A DNA stretch of 64,000 nt from Thermoplasmatota archaeon (lineage in GTDB: Archaea > Thermoplasmatota > Penumbrarchaeia > Penumbrarchaeales > Penumbrarchaeaceae): positions 32,001 through 96,000 of the forward strand of contig JARVGK010000007.1 in assembly GCA_029762535.1 (NCBI GenBank), given 5' to 3'. The stretch's first letter is position 1; the number at the start of each line of letters is the position of its first letter. Under the pieces are notes generated by a model, which worked only from the letters and a program-made list of their open reading frames with translations, had not been told where the DNA came from and did no database searches. Shown one piece after another: positions 19,464 to 29,625 of the stretch. Both the position numbers and the translations under genes were made by a program.

Positions 19464-20483
19464 GTGAAAGGTTATAGAAAATACATTACCGGGGGCATTG
19501 CCGTTTTCGCCGTGGCCTTGATGGCCATAGTGGCGGGATGCCTGGAAGGAAGCAGTGGAAAGGAAAACCTGATCCAGACGGGTTCGAGCACGGTATTGCC
19601 TCTGGCCACGAAGTGGGCTGAGGAATACGATGGGGCCAACATAGCGGTCTCGGGCGGCGGTTCAAGCCATGGTTTGAACGCCCTCCTGAACGGCGAGGCC
19701 GATCTCGGCGATGCCAGCCGTCTGATGAAGGGGAGCGATTACGAGAAGGTCGGCGGAAACGCCGGTGACGTCAACTCCGACGGGACCGCCAAGAAGGCCG
19801 CCCCTACCGGCGTATGGCCCTACAAATGGGTAGTCGCCTATGACGTTCTCGCTACCGTTGTGAACAATGACAACACATGGGCGACAGAGCTCACTTTCGA
19901 TCAGCTCTATCACATATTCACCACGGATAACACAGCGATATACTGGGACGATCCGATCCTCAACCTGACCGGAGCCCCGCACGAGAAGATCGAGATATAC
20001 GCTCCAGATGAGGCCTCGGGAACATACGACTACTTCTTCGAGTCCCTCATCTCCGATTGGGGCAAGGACACCAGGACGGTCAAGACCAGGCTCGAGGCTG
20101 GCGATGGGGTCTATCATCCCAGCGCCGATGACAACGTGATCATGAACGCTATAAAGGCGAACAAGAACGCGATCGGTTTCTTCGGGTTCGCATACCTCAT
20201 CGAGAACCCGAACGTCGTGAAGCCCGTCAAGATAGCGGAGACGGATACCTTCGTGGAGCCCTCCTTCGCCACAGTGAGCACCTATCCGATGGCCAGGCCT
20301 CTGTTCATCTACACGAACGGCATCCCCAAACAGGACAACGATAAGGGAAAGGCGATCTATGAGTACCTGGAGTTCATCCTTTCCGAGGAAGGCCAGAGAA
20401 TGGTACCCGAGGTAGGATACGTCAGGCTATCCCTTGTGGACCCCTCTCTCGCAGCGAACCAGCTGGCAGACCTGAAGGCTTGA
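19464..20483 (+). CDS. pstS: Phosphate ABC transporter substrate-binding lipoprotein PstS
   Basis: Lipobox VAGC, TGSSTVLP, GGGSSHG, ASGTYDYF, YPMARPLFIY. Confidence 0.93.
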   Translation: MKGYRKYITGGIAVFAVALMAIVAGCLEGSSGKENLIQTGSSTVLPLATKWAEEYDGANIAVSGGGSSHGLNALLNGEADLGDASRLMKGSDYEKVGGNAGDVNSDGTAKKAAPTGVWPYKWVVAYDVLATVVNNDNTWATELTFDQLYHIFTTDNTAIYWDDPILNLTGAPHEKIEIYAPDEASGTYDYFFESLISDWGKDTRTVKTRLEAGDGVYHPSADDNVIMNAIKANKNAIGFFGFAYLIENPNVVKPVKIAETDTFVEPSFATVSTYPMARPLFIYTNGIPKQDNDKGKAIYEYLEFILSEEGQRMVPEVGYVRLSLVDPSLAANQLADLKA

Positions 20484-20493
20484 AGTGGTGAAT

Positions 20494-22368
20494 ATGGAGC
20501 CGTCGACGGAAAAGGGCGGGAACCCTTACAGAAAGAGGTTCCGCCCGGGGGAGGACCTCATATCATGGTTCCTCCTGGGGATGGCGAGCCTGGCGATCAT
20601 CGTCAGCCTGGCCATAATCTACACCCTCGTCGACGGCTCTTACGGTTTTTTTATAGACGCCCGTGTTGACATCATCGATTTCTTCACGGGAAAGAACTGG
20701 TCCCCGCACGGGGCAACCCCAAGCTTCGGCATGGGGCCGCTGATCCAGGGGACGGTGATGATCGCGGGTGGCGCACTTATCCTGGGAGGGCCTCTCGGCA
20801 TCATGGCGGCTTTATATCTTTCAGAGTTCGCCCATAACAGGATCAGGGCCGTGGCGAAACCGTTCCTGGAGATCCTTGCCGGGATCCCCTCGATCGTTTA
20901 TGGTTTCTTCGCCCTCCTGGTCATAAGCCAGGTGTTCAGGGATTACTTCGAAGCGGATTATTTCAACGCCGCGTCCGCGATAGTCGTGATGGCCGTCATG
21001 ATCCTGCCCATCGTCGTCAGCGTCTCCGATGACTCGATGAAGGCCGTACCCCGTGAGATGAGGGAAGCGAGCCTGGCAATGGGCGCCACGAAATGGGAGA
21101 CCGCCACGAAGGTGGTCATGCCCGCGGCATCATCGGGCATAATGGCCTCGGTACTCCTCGGACTCGCCAGGGCGATAGGCGAGACCATGGTCGTGGTCCT
21201 CGCGGCAGGAAGCATCGCGAAGTTCTCATGGTCAATATTCCACGAGCACATGACCATGACCGCCTACATCGCCCAGGTGGCAACGGGCGACATACCTCCC
21301 GGCATCGGGATCCAGGCGGCCTTCGCCGTCGGTCTTGTGCTCTTCGCCATCACTTTCTTGATCAACTGGCTGGCATCCAAGGTCGTGATCAGCATCAAGA
21401 AAGGCGGGTCCGGGGGCCTGAGGAGAAAAAAACTCGGCCTCCTCAGCAGCGCACTCCATCTACTTCCCAATCTGACCAACGATCTATTGGATAAGGTAAG
21501 ATCGGACAGGATGTCGAAGAACATGACGATGCGTTATGTCAAGGAGCGGGTCGGAAAGGTGGTCCTGGGATCCTCTCTCTTGGTCGCGCTTGTGTTTCTC
21601 GTATTCCTGCTCTATTCGATACTGGAGCAGGGGTTGTCAGGTCTTACCCCGCATTTCTTCACGAATTTCCCGAGCTCCGACCCCGCAAAGGCGGGGATAT
21701 GGCCCGTTATACAGGGATCGGTTTACCTCGTGCTTCTGACCATGCTCTTCGCGATGCCGGTGGGGATCGGGGCCGCGATATACCTAAACGAGTTCGCGAA
21801 GGAGAACTGGTTCAATTTGTTCCTGAGGAGGATCATCCAGAACCTCGCGGGGGTCCCGTCGATCGTCTTCGGGCTAGTGGGCCTCACCATCTTCGTCAGG
21901 TTCTTCAGTTTCGGGCTCAGCCTTCTGTCAGGAGCTCTGACCCTGGCCATAATGGTTCTGCCTATAGTGATCGTGACGTCCGAGGAGGCGCTCAGGTCAG
22001 TTCCCCAGACCTTCAGGGAAGCGGCAAGGGGTTTAGGCGCCACGAAGTGGCAGACTGTCTGGCATCACGTCCTTCCCAATGCGATCCCCGGCGTGCTCAC
22101 CGGGAGCATCCTGTCCCTCTCAAGAGCGCTGGGGGAGACCGCACCCATACTCTTTATCGCAAGTTTCTTCTCCAAGGTGGCGCCGAACTCCATCATGGAC
22201 GGTTTCTTGGCCCTTCCGATCACGATATTCTACTGGACCAAACATCCCAAGCAGGAGTTCCAGGACCTCGCAGCGACCACGATCATCGTCCTGTTGTTGA
22301 TACTCCTTACCATGAACGCGGTCGCCATATTCATCAGACAGAGATCACAATCCAAAAGGAAGTGGTAG
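20494..22368 (+). CDS. pstCA: Fused phosphate ABC permease PstC-PstA
   Basis: Two permease halves: LAGIPSIVYG...EASLAMGATKW...ARAIGETM and LAGVPSIVFG...EAARGLGATKWQT...SRALGETAP. Confidence 0.92.
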   Translation: MEPSTEKGGNPYRKRFRPGEDLISWFLLGMASLAIIVSLAIIYTLVDGSYGFFIDARVDIIDFFTGKNWSPHGATPSFGMGPLIQGTVMIAGGALILGGPLGIMAALYLSEFAHNRIRAVAKPFLEILAGIPSIVYGFFALLVISQVFRDYFEADYFNAASAIVVMAVMILPIVVSVSDDSMKAVPREMREASLAMGATKWETATKVVMPAASSGIMASVLLGLARAIGETMVVVLAAGSIAKFSWSIFHEHMTMTAYIAQVATGDIPPGIGIQAAFAVGLVLFAITFLINWLASKVVISIKKGGSGGLRRKKLGLLSSALHLLPNLTNDLLDKVRSDRMSKNMTMRYVKERVGKVVLGSSLLVALVFLVFLLYSILEQGLSGLTPHFFTNFPSSDPAKAGIWPVIQGSVYLVLLTMLFAMPVGIGAAIYLNEFAKENWFNLFLRRIIQNLAGVPSIVFGLVGLTIFVRFFSFGLSLLSGALTLAIMVLPIVIVTSEEALRSVPQTFREAARGLGATKWQTVWHHVLPNAIPGVLTGSILSLSRALGETAPILFIASFFSKVAPNSIMDGFLALPITIFYWTKHPKQEFQDLAATTIIVLLLILLTMNAVAIFIRQRSQSKRKW

Positions 22369-22371
22369 GAC

Positions 22372-23193
22372 TTGTTCGCATTCCTGAATAAGAAAAAGAA
22401 AGAAGAATGTGTTTGCCCCATACCCGGGAAAGAAGCCAAGGAAGCCTACATCGATATGAAGGGCGTCAATATATTCTACGGGTCCAATCGCGCGGTCAAG
22501 GACGTTTCGATGAGGATCAAACACCGCAAGGTCACGGCATTCATCGGACCCTCAGGGTGCGGAAAGAGCACGCTTTTAAGGGCCTTGAACCGCATGAACG
22601 ATGAGATCGACGGATGCAAGATGACCGGTTCCATATTCATGAACGGAGTGGACATACTCGGAAAGAAGGTGGACCCGGTTTCCCTGAGGACCAACGTCGG
22701 CATGGTCTTCCAGAAGCCAAACCCGTTCCCCAAATCCATCTTCGACAACGTCGCCTACGGACCGCGGATCCACGGGATCAGGAAGAAGAGCACTCTCGAC
22801 TGCATAGTCGAGAAGAGCCTGAGGGACGCCGCCCTCTGGGAAGAGGTAGGGGATAGGCTCGCGGAGTCCGCAATAGGACTATCAGGCGGCCAGCAGCAGA
22901 GGCTGTGCATCGCCAGGGCTCTTGCCGTGAACCCCGAAATGATACTGATGGACGAGCCCTGCTCGGCTTTGGACCCCATCGCGACCTCGAAGATCGAGGA
23001 CCTTATTTTCGAGCTGAAGAAGAGCTATACTGTCGTGATAGTGACGCACAACATGCAGCAGGCCGCGAGGGTCAGCGACGACACCGGTTTCATGTACCTG
23101 GGGGAGCTCATAGAGTTCGGACCGACGAAACAGATCTTCCAGAGGCCGAAGCAGAAGCTGACTGAAAATTATATTACGGGAAGGTTCGGTTAG
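22372..23193 (+). CDS. pstB: Phosphate ABC transporter ATPase PstB
   Basis: [47 protein letters not shown]. Confidence 0.96.
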   Translation: MFAFLNKKKKEECVCPIPGKEAKEAYIDMKGVNIFYGSNRAVKDVSMRIKHRKVTAFIGPSGCGKSTLLRALNRMNDEIDGCKMTGSIFMNGVDILGKKVDPVSLRTNVGMVFQKPNPFPKSIFDNVAYGPRIHGIRKKSTLDCIVEKSLRDAALWEEVGDRLAESAIGLSGGQQQRLCIARALAVNPEMILMDEPCSALDPIATSKIEDLIFELKKSYTVVIVTHNMQQAARVSDDTGFMYLGELIEFGPTKQIFQRPKQKLTENYITGRFG

Positions 23194-23201
23194 GTGATGT
23201 C

Positions 23202-23852
23202 ATGCCAGAAAAACTTGACGATGATATGCAGAAGTTGATGTCGGATATAACCGAGATGGCGAGTCTCTCCAAAGGCATGCTGATCGATTCCGTCCGAGCG
23301 CTCAAGGACCTTGACGGTGATCTCGCCAATGACATCATATCGAGAAAGGACAGGCTCTACGAGTACGATGACCGCATCGAGGAGCGGGCGTTGAAGATGC
23401 TCACGTTATACAGCCCCATGGCCTCGGACCTCAGAAGGATAGCCACCGTTTTCAAGATGATAACGTATCTGACAAGGATAGGCAGATACGGATACGACAT
23501 ATCAAAGATAACCCTGCATCTGGTGGGCAAGCCCCACGTGAAGAAACTCATAGATATCCCGCGCATGGCCGAGATCGTGGCGGGGATGATCGATGATGTC
23601 ATAGGCGCATTCCACACGGGCGACCTTGATAGGATCGCGGACCTGGCAGAGAGGGACAATATCGTGGATGAGACGAGGTATTCGATATTCAGGGAGTGCC
23701 TCACATACATGATGGAGGACCCATCGACCATAACCCGATGCACGGATTACATAATGATCGCGAGATACCTTGAGAGATGCGGCGATCACGCATGCAAGAT
23801 CGGTGAGAAGGTTCATTACATGATAACTGGCGAAAGGGTCGAGATCTCATAA
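23202..23852 (+). CDS. phoU: Phosphate signalling protein PhoU
   Basis: PMASDLRRI, RIGRY, RYLERCGDHA; follows pstB. Confidence 0.93.
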   Translation: MPEKLDDDMQKLMSDITEMASLSKGMLIDSVRALKDLDGDLANDIISRKDRLYEYDDRIEERALKMLTLYSPMASDLRRIATVFKMITYLTRIGRYGYDISKITLHLVGKPHVKKLIDIPRMAEIVAGMIDDVIGAFHTGDLDRIADLAERDNIVDETRYSIFRECLTYMMEDPSTITRCTDYIMIARYLERCGDHACKIGEKVHYMITGERVEIS

Positions 23853-23864
23853 GGAGGATCCTCC

Positions 23865-24269
23865 TTGAAGAAGAGCGTTCTGATAATCTGCACTCAGAAC
23901 TCGGCGAGGTCCCAGATGGCCGAGGCCATACTCAGGCATCTGAAAAGCGATGAATATGATGCTTTTAGCGCCGGGACGGATCCAACTTTCGTCCATCCCG
24001 GGGCCATCGATACCTTGAAGGAGGCGGGGATCGACACCACCCGTTTGAGATCGAAATCCGCCCTGGAATATCTCGGACGTGATTTCGATCTGGTGGTGAC
24101 CGTCTGCGACAGGGCCAAGGAGAAATGCCCGTTCTTCCCGGGGGCCAAAGAGACCGAGCACAGCGGCTTCACGGATCCCGCCGATCTTATGGCCCAGGGC
24201 CTGTCCCAGCGCGAGGCCTTTGCAGAGGTCCGGGACAGGATCCGCCGGTGGATAGAGGATAGGTTCTGA
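23865..24269 (+). CDS. arsC: Arsenate reductase ArsC (LMW-PTP / thioredoxin type)
   Basis: CTQNSARSQMAE P-loop, SAGT, VTVCDRAKEKCP, DP motif; AAGGAGG RBS with TTG start. Confidence 0.85.
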   Translation: MKKSVLIICTQNSARSQMAEAILRHLKSDEYDAFSAGTDPTFVHPGAIDTLKEAGIDTTRLRSKSALEYLGRDFDLVVTVCDRAKEKCPFFPGAKETEHSGFTDPADLMAQGLSQREAFAEVRDRIRRWIEDRF

Positions 24270-24384
24270 AATATATAAAATATATATCTTTCCGGGCTTT
24301 ATATACAAGATATAGGGAATATTAATATCCTCTTCTTTGATTCCCGCGCTTGTAGAACGCGATAAAGCTTTGAAAGGTTGCGGG

Positions 24385-25458
24385 ATGGGAAATATGCTGT
24401 TCGATGGACCCGTGCGGAGAATGGAGAGGATATACTCCGGTTCACCTGGCAAAAGGATCGATGACTCGGACAGGATAGTGATATTCTCCGACATGCACAT
24501 GGGGAACAAGGGAAGGGCGGACGATTTCAAGGACAATGCCCACATCTTCAAAACGGCCATGACCTCCCTCTATGTACCTGAGGATTTCGATCTGATCATG
24601 AACGGGGACATAGAGGAGCTGCACAAGTTCAGGCCCAGGAGCGTCATGGATAGCTGGAAGGGCATATACGAAATGTTCAACGGCGCACTCGACAGAGGCG
24701 GTCTGGACAAGATATCGGGGAACCACGACCATAGGATCTGGCATACGGGGGTCCCGAACAGGGTCTCGGATATCATGACCGACGGATTGAAGCTCAGGTT
24801 CGGGTCCGACACTATTTTCGTCATGCACGGGCACCAGGCCTCGCTCAGGGCCGAGTCGCTGGAGAGATGGGTCCACTACGGGCTCAGGTACGGGGCCTCC
24901 CCCATAGGATTGAAGAACTATTCCTTCCCCCACGAGAGCGAACTCAAGTTCAGGATAGAGGAGAGGGTATATGATTTCTCGAAGAGGAAGAGGATTATGA
25001 CGATAATAGGGCACACACACCGCCCCCTCTTCGAATCCATGTCCAGGGCGGACTCGTTGAAGTTCAAGCTGGAGAGGCTGCTCAGGGATTACACTGACTC
25101 CACCGGGGATGAAAAGGCCAGGATCGAGAGGAACATACACATATACCATGCCGAGCTCGAGCGTCTCCTGCACAAGAACCCGAGGCCCGCCATGAGGGAG
25201 AGCCTCTACAACAGGGGCGTTCTGGTCCCGAACCTGTTCAACTCGGGATCATGCATAGGCAGGAAAGGGATAACGGCCCTTGAGATAGAGAACGGGAGGA
25301 TCTCGCTCGTGTACTGGTTCGATGCCGATAGGTCCACGAAATATTTCAACTACAACGGATTCAAACCCCAACGGGCGGAAGGATCCTCCATCTACAGGGT
25401 CGTTCTGAAGGAAGAGGACCTCTCCTACATATTCTCCAGGATCAATCTGCTCTCTTGA
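24385..25458 (+). CDS. Calcineurin-like metallophosphoesterase (LpxH/PlcP-like)
   Basis: SDMHMG, NGDIEE, GNHD, HGH, GHTH, NSGS motifs. Confidence 0.8.
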   Translation: MGNMLFDGPVRRMERIYSGSPGKRIDDSDRIVIFSDMHMGNKGRADDFKDNAHIFKTAMTSLYVPEDFDLIMNGDIEELHKFRPRSVMDSWKGIYEMFNGALDRGGLDKISGNHDHRIWHTGVPNRVSDIMTDGLKLRFGSDTIFVMHGHQASLRAESLERWVHYGLRYGASPIGLKNYSFPHESELKFRIEERVYDFSKRKRIMTIIGHTHRPLFESMSRADSLKFKLERLLRDYTDSTGDEKARIERNIHIYHAELERLLHKNPRPAMRESLYNRGVLVPNLFNSGSCIGRKGITALEIENGRISLVYWFDADRSTKYFNYNGFKPQRAEGSSIYRVVLKEEDLSYIFSRINLLS

Positions 25459-25462
25459 GATC

Positions 25463-25885
25463 TCAATGGCAGTAAGGGGTGAGGTCGCAGAGCTTCGAAG
25501 CGTTCACCTGCTTGAGCTTGCTCCTTTTACCCTTCTGGTACGGAAGCTCGTCCTGAACATCGATATGGATGGAGGGGGAGTTCCTTTCCATTGTCACAGG
25601 GTCGATCTTCCGTCCTATCCTCTGAACCTCTCCGTTCTTGCATATGCAGGTGTGGACGTCCCTTAGACGGTCTATCAGATAGCAGAACTCGCTCTCGTCG
25701 AGCTTCGAACCGGTCTTCTTCTGGTCATCCTTGAAGACGTAACCCAGCCCCTCGATGAAGACCGTCCCGTCATCGATGATCTCCTCCTCCCATTCCTCGT
25801 ACTTGCCCAGGGACCTGAAGAAGAGAAATCCCAGACCGGCCAGGAATAGCGTTATGGCGGATAGCGTCAGCCCGGAGATGATCAT
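25463..25885 (-). CDS. Hypothetical protein with N-terminal TM helix
   Basis: 140-aa ORF with hydrophobic N-terminus, converging on the phosphoesterase gene. Confidence 0.55.
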   Translation of the reverse strand: MIISGLTLSAITLFLAGLGFLFFRSLGKYEEWEEEIIDDGTVFIEGLGYVFKDDQKKTGSKLDESEFCYLIDRLRDVHTCICKNGEVQRIGRKIDPVTMERNSPSIHIDVQDELPYQKGKRSKLKQVNASKLCDLTPYCH

Positions 25886-26038
25886 GAGTATGGTCTGCGT
25901 GATATCGCCTCTTATATGCTGTTTATACGAATCTGGATAACGTTTTTTATCCTTGCCTATGTACTAGATAGACACTATTTAGCCGGATATAGTCTATAGA
26001 TAATATGGCGCGGCATTCTCACAAGTGGTACTTCCGGG

Positions 26039-26857
26039 TCACCAATCGTATGTGGAAGAGGTTGTGGACCTCATCCCGAACTGATCGGCCACATCGAGCC
26101 GTATCGAGTAGGTCATCGGTGACATCGGGAACGTGACCCTGGCCATCCTTCCGTTGAGGGGGAATTCCAGGTCGGGAGTTCCCGGGAGACCATCATGGTC
26201 ATATGAGATCGTCCAGTCCCAGCTCAATATCTCTCCGCCCACCCCCGGATGATCGGAAAGCGAACCGTCGAGGACCGGGACCGATATGTACGATGCCGAC
26301 CCCGCATCCCATTCCGTCTGGGTCCTTACAACGAAGACAGGGGACGGAGGGAGGAAGTTCCTGTTGAACGAGTTCCCGTAGCTGGTGGATATCTTGATGT
26401 TCAGATAGGACGTGAGCGCTATGTCCTTGTCCCCGCCGAAGAAGTAAGTGTCCGGATATACGATAATCGTCACCTGCTCAGTCGAATCCAATTTGCCCCA
26501 GGAGGCGTAATCCGTCCCGGTCTCGAGGAGAACTCCGTTCTTCATGATATCGAACTTCTCGACGACGTGTTCGTTTATGCTTATCATCCTGATGTAGGAG
26601 GTGCCCTCATGGAAGCTGGCGATGATCAATCCGATCTCGAACCACTCCGTTCCGGCAAGGTTCTCCTGAAGCGATATGGAGGATATGCCTATCTTCTCAT
26701 TATCGCTGAGGTCCTGTATCCTCTGGTTCCTCTGGTACGCGTCCTGGCGGTCAGCCACGAAAACGGCGAACGATGTGGCGGCGACGACGACGATCAGAAC
26801 GAGTATCAACGCTCCGACCACCTCGGAGACTCCCGAACCGCCCTTGATCTTCTTCAT
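26039..26857 (-). CDS. Archaeal type IV pilin-like protein with C-terminal PKD-like domain
   Basis: Class III signal peptide MKKIKGGSG|VSEVVGALILVLIVVVAA; C-terminal LDGSLS...ILSWDW...YSIRLDVADQFG. Confidence 0.85.
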   Translation of the reverse strand: MKKIKGGSGVSEVVGALILVLIVVVAATSFAVFVADRQDAYQRNQRIQDLSDNEKIGISSISLQENLAGTEWFEIGLIIASFHEGTSYIRMISINEHVVEKFDIMKNGVLLETGTDYASWGKLDSTEQVTIIVYPDTYFFGGDKDIALTSYLNIKISTSYGNSFNRNFLPPSPVFVVRTQTEWDAGSASYISVPVLDGSLSDHPGVGGEILSWDWTISYDHDGLPGTPDLEFPLNGRMARVTFPMSPMTYSIRLDVADQFGMRSTTSSTYDW

Positions 26858-27033
26858 CCTCGATGCTATGAGGGACTATCTAGATAAAATGCATCAATGT
26901 ATAGCCGATATTATATGGAGTGGAATATAGGACTATGAAGATACATTACTTCTATATGGGTCAGGTTTAAACGAGACGGGGTTCTACAGCGTTACCCGGG
27001 TAAAAGAGAACCTGGCAGTATGGATGTTTCGAG

Positions 27034-27648
27034 ATGGCATTGAAGATACCCGTTCCCGGAATGGACCAGTTCCTATGCGACATACCGGACGGTTCGATGC
27101 TCGTGATGTCCGGGGGCTTCGAGGGCACACAGTCATTCCTCGCACAGTCCATCGGGTACGGGGCCTACAAATCCGGAAGGGAGGTGACCTACGTCACCTC
27201 GAGGGCGATCCCGGACATCATGGGCGAGGTAATGAGATTCGAACCGGGAGTGGTCCCTTTCTACCTTATAGAGAACGTGCCTCTAAATGATTGGAGAACG
27301 TTCATATCCTCAAAATGCGTCCTGATAGTGGACTCATACTCCCTGCTCGTTATGAACGTGGAACTCCCTCAACTGAGGGACGGGCTGATGGAGATCAAGA
27401 CGATTGCGAAGGAGCGCGGGGCCACGTTGGTCCTTGTGGCCCACCCTCCTCTCATCGATGAAAGGAGAACGTCCGTCACGGAATACTTCGCCGACTCTCT
27501 TGTCGAGTTCAGGTCCCAGGAGGAGGACGAGTTCGTACGAAGATACCTGAGGGTCCACAAATGGTACGGTACGATACTGGAGCAGCTTATCTACTACAGG
27601 ATCGATGAAGGGCGAATGGAGATAGACCTCAGGGCCAGGATAGTGTGA
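27034..27648 (+). CDS. RecA-fold KaiC/RAD55/FlaH-like protein, degenerate Walker A
   Basis: IPVPGMDQFL.DIPDGSMLVMSG, LIVDSYS, YFADSLVEF, RYLRVHKW; lacks GKT/S. Confidence 0.7.
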   Translation: MALKIPVPGMDQFLCDIPDGSMLVMSGGFEGTQSFLAQSIGYGAYKSGREVTYVTSRAIPDIMGEVMRFEPGVVPFYLIENVPLNDWRTFISSKCVLIVDSYSLLVMNVELPQLRDGLMEIKTIAKERGATLVLVAHPPLIDERRTSVTEYFADSLVEFRSQEEDEFVRRYLRVHKWYGTILEQLIYYRIDEGRMEIDLRARIV

Positions 27649-27658
27649 GGACGTTCTT

Positions 27659-29173
27659 ATGATACAATCCAAGGGATACGAGAGATTCGGCCTAACGGGC
27701 AACCCTTTCCGGGACCTTGCCTCCGAGACGCTCGAGACCATCGACATCTTCCACGTCAGACAGGAGATGGACGATCATCTGCGAATGATAATCGACGAGA
27801 TCTTCGAGAAGCAGTCCAAGGCGGTCGTGGCCATACTCGGAGCCCTGGGCATGGGCAAGACCCAGAGGCTTCTCCTGATCCAGAGCTGGGCCAGGGATAA
27901 GAAGGCCTACTGCGTGTTCAGGTCCATCAATCCCCAGGCAAAGCTCGTCATAAGCGATGTCATAAAGACCTTGATCGATACGGTCCCCCTGACATTCTTC
28001 GAGAGGAACATCTCCGCGCCCAGATTCTATTCGGACCTGAAGAAGGCATACAGGTCCTCCCGGAAGAAGTTCGACCCGGAACTGATCGGCAGGGCCATCG
28101 CCGGAGCCCTCAACGCCCGTTCCCCTTCGATACTTATACTTAACGACCTTCACAACGTCGATCCAACGGCCGAGCTGCCGGATTTCCTTCAGGTGCTGTA
28201 TTCCATAGTCAACAACCTGGACGAGGGCGTCATGATAGCGATAGGGTCCAACTCCGCATATTTCGACGGGATAATGAAGAGGCATCAGTCCCTCGAGGAG
28301 AGGATAAACTACAAGCTGGAGGTGCAGCCCCTCATAGACACGGAGGCCCAGGAGATGGTGGCGAAGAGGCTGACGGCGAAGAGGCTCGTCGAGGACCTAA
28401 ACCCCATATACCCCTTCAACAACGATTCCATATCGATATTGAACTCGGAATCACATGGAAATCCCCGGCAGGTCCTCAAGCTCTCGGACAGGATCATCGA
28501 CCAGGCCGCGACCGAGAGGGTCATACAGATAGACGCCCAGTATGCGATGGATATACTCGAGGGATCGAGACAGAAGAGGTCCCTTCCTCCGGCCCCCCAT
28601 GAGATCCTCAAGAAGCTGAGGGAGGAGGCCAGGGTCAAGAGGCCGGCCATCCCGTCTCGGACCCCCCCGGGCATCTCAACAGAGTTCGAGAAGAAGGTCA
28701 AGGAATACGAGCATGCCCTGGAGAAGATGGAGAAGGCCCTGGAGAGGAAAGAACCCCTGCCTGAAAAAGAGAAGAGGATGCCCGGGGCAGCGGTCAAGGT
28801 CGATCTCCCGGTCGATGCTCCTCTGGAGGTCGCTCCATCGATGCCCGATCCGATCGGGACGGTGCCCCCGGTCAAGGTCGATCTCCCCGTCGATACTCCT
28901 CTGGAGGTCGCTCCCCCGATGACCGGTCCTACCACGATCGTGCCCAAGCCCTCCCTGGACGAGGAGCTGCCGCTCATCATCAAGAAGAAGGTGACGATGA
29001 GAAAATTGGAGACCGTCACCGAGGACGGCATTCCGGCGCCTCCGAAGAGCATCTTCATAATTGAGGAGAGGGAAATGCCCGGTCCTCCCAGGAAAGAGAA
29101 GGGTTCCAAGGGCGAACCGTCCGAGGATGCCGTTCTCTCCAGGTACAGGTCGGTTCCTCCGACGCGGAGTTAA
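27659..29173 (+). CDS. ExeA-like AAA+ ATPase with Pro-rich disordered C-terminus
   Basis: FGLTGNPF N-motif, Walker A GALGMGKT, variant Walker B ILILNDLH, SHGNPRQ. Confidence 0.75.
   Translation: MIQSKGYERFGLTGNPFRDLASETLETIDIFHVRQEMDDHLRMIIDEIFEKQSKAVVAILGALGMGKTQRLLLIQSWARDKKAYCVFRSINPQAKLVISDVIKTLIDTVPLTFFERNISAPRFYSDLKKAYRSSRKKFDPELIGRAIAGALNARSPSILILNDLHNVDPTAELPDFLQVLYSIVNNLDEGVMIAIGSNSAYFDGIMKRHQSLEERINYKLEVQPLIDTEAQEMVAKRLTAKRLVEDLNPIYPFNNDSISILNSESHGNPRQVLKLSDRIIDQAATERVIQIDAQYAMDILEGSRQKRSLPPAPHEILKKLREEARVKRPAIPSRTPPGISTEFEKKVKEYEHALEKMEKALERKEPLPEKEKRMPGAAVKVDLPVDAPLEVAPSMPDPIGTVPPVKVDLPVDTPLEVAPPMTGPTTIVPKPSLDEELPLIIKKKVTMRKLETVTEDGIPAPPKSIFIIEEREMPGPPRKEKGSKGEPSEDAVLSRYRSVPPTRS
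28791..28935 (+). repeat. Two-copy in-frame tandem repeat, 78-bp period (VKVDLPVDxPLEVAP)
   Basis: cggtcaaggtcgatctccc.gtcgat.ctcctctggaggtcgctcc at 28791 and 28869. Confidence 0.9.
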
Positions 29174-29307
29174 TGCAGTAAGTATCCTACTTTTATCTAT
29201 GTAAACCACTGTCCCTAACGCCTGGTATATCATATTATTTAGAGTAAATTATTGCCGTAGGCAGGGCTTAAGGCATGTATCGGTCCTCGGTGTCCTCGGT
29301 GTAGGAC

Positions 29308-29565
29308 ATGATACGGGAACTAAGGCATCAAACGGTGGTCGAGGCCATCTGGAACAGAGGGGGCTGCGCCTCCATGAAGGACATCGAGAACTTGATGTAC
29401 CAGCATCTCAAGGGGCCTTACCACTCCGATCTGGGCTTCATGTATCTGGAGGACCGAACGGCGATCATGAGGCTCAAGATCGACGAGATCCTCGACGACC
29501 TGCGCAGGAACGGGCTCGTTGAGATGATCGATGAGGACCTGTTCGCACTCACCGACGCCTCGTAG
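29308..29565 (+). CDS. Small winged-helix-like protein
   Basis: 85 aa ending LDDLRRNGLVEM..DLFALT, a typical wHTH recognition helix and wing pattern. Confidence 0.6.
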   Translation: MIRELRHQTVVEAIWNRGGCASMKDIENLMYQHLKGPYHSDLGFMYLEDRTAIMRLKIDEILDDLRRNGLVEMIDEDLFALTDAS

Positions 29566-29625
29566 ATGTAGATGCATCTTCCATGGTCCGAACGAAGCGT
29601 GGGCGCAAGACCCGATCCGCTCAGG

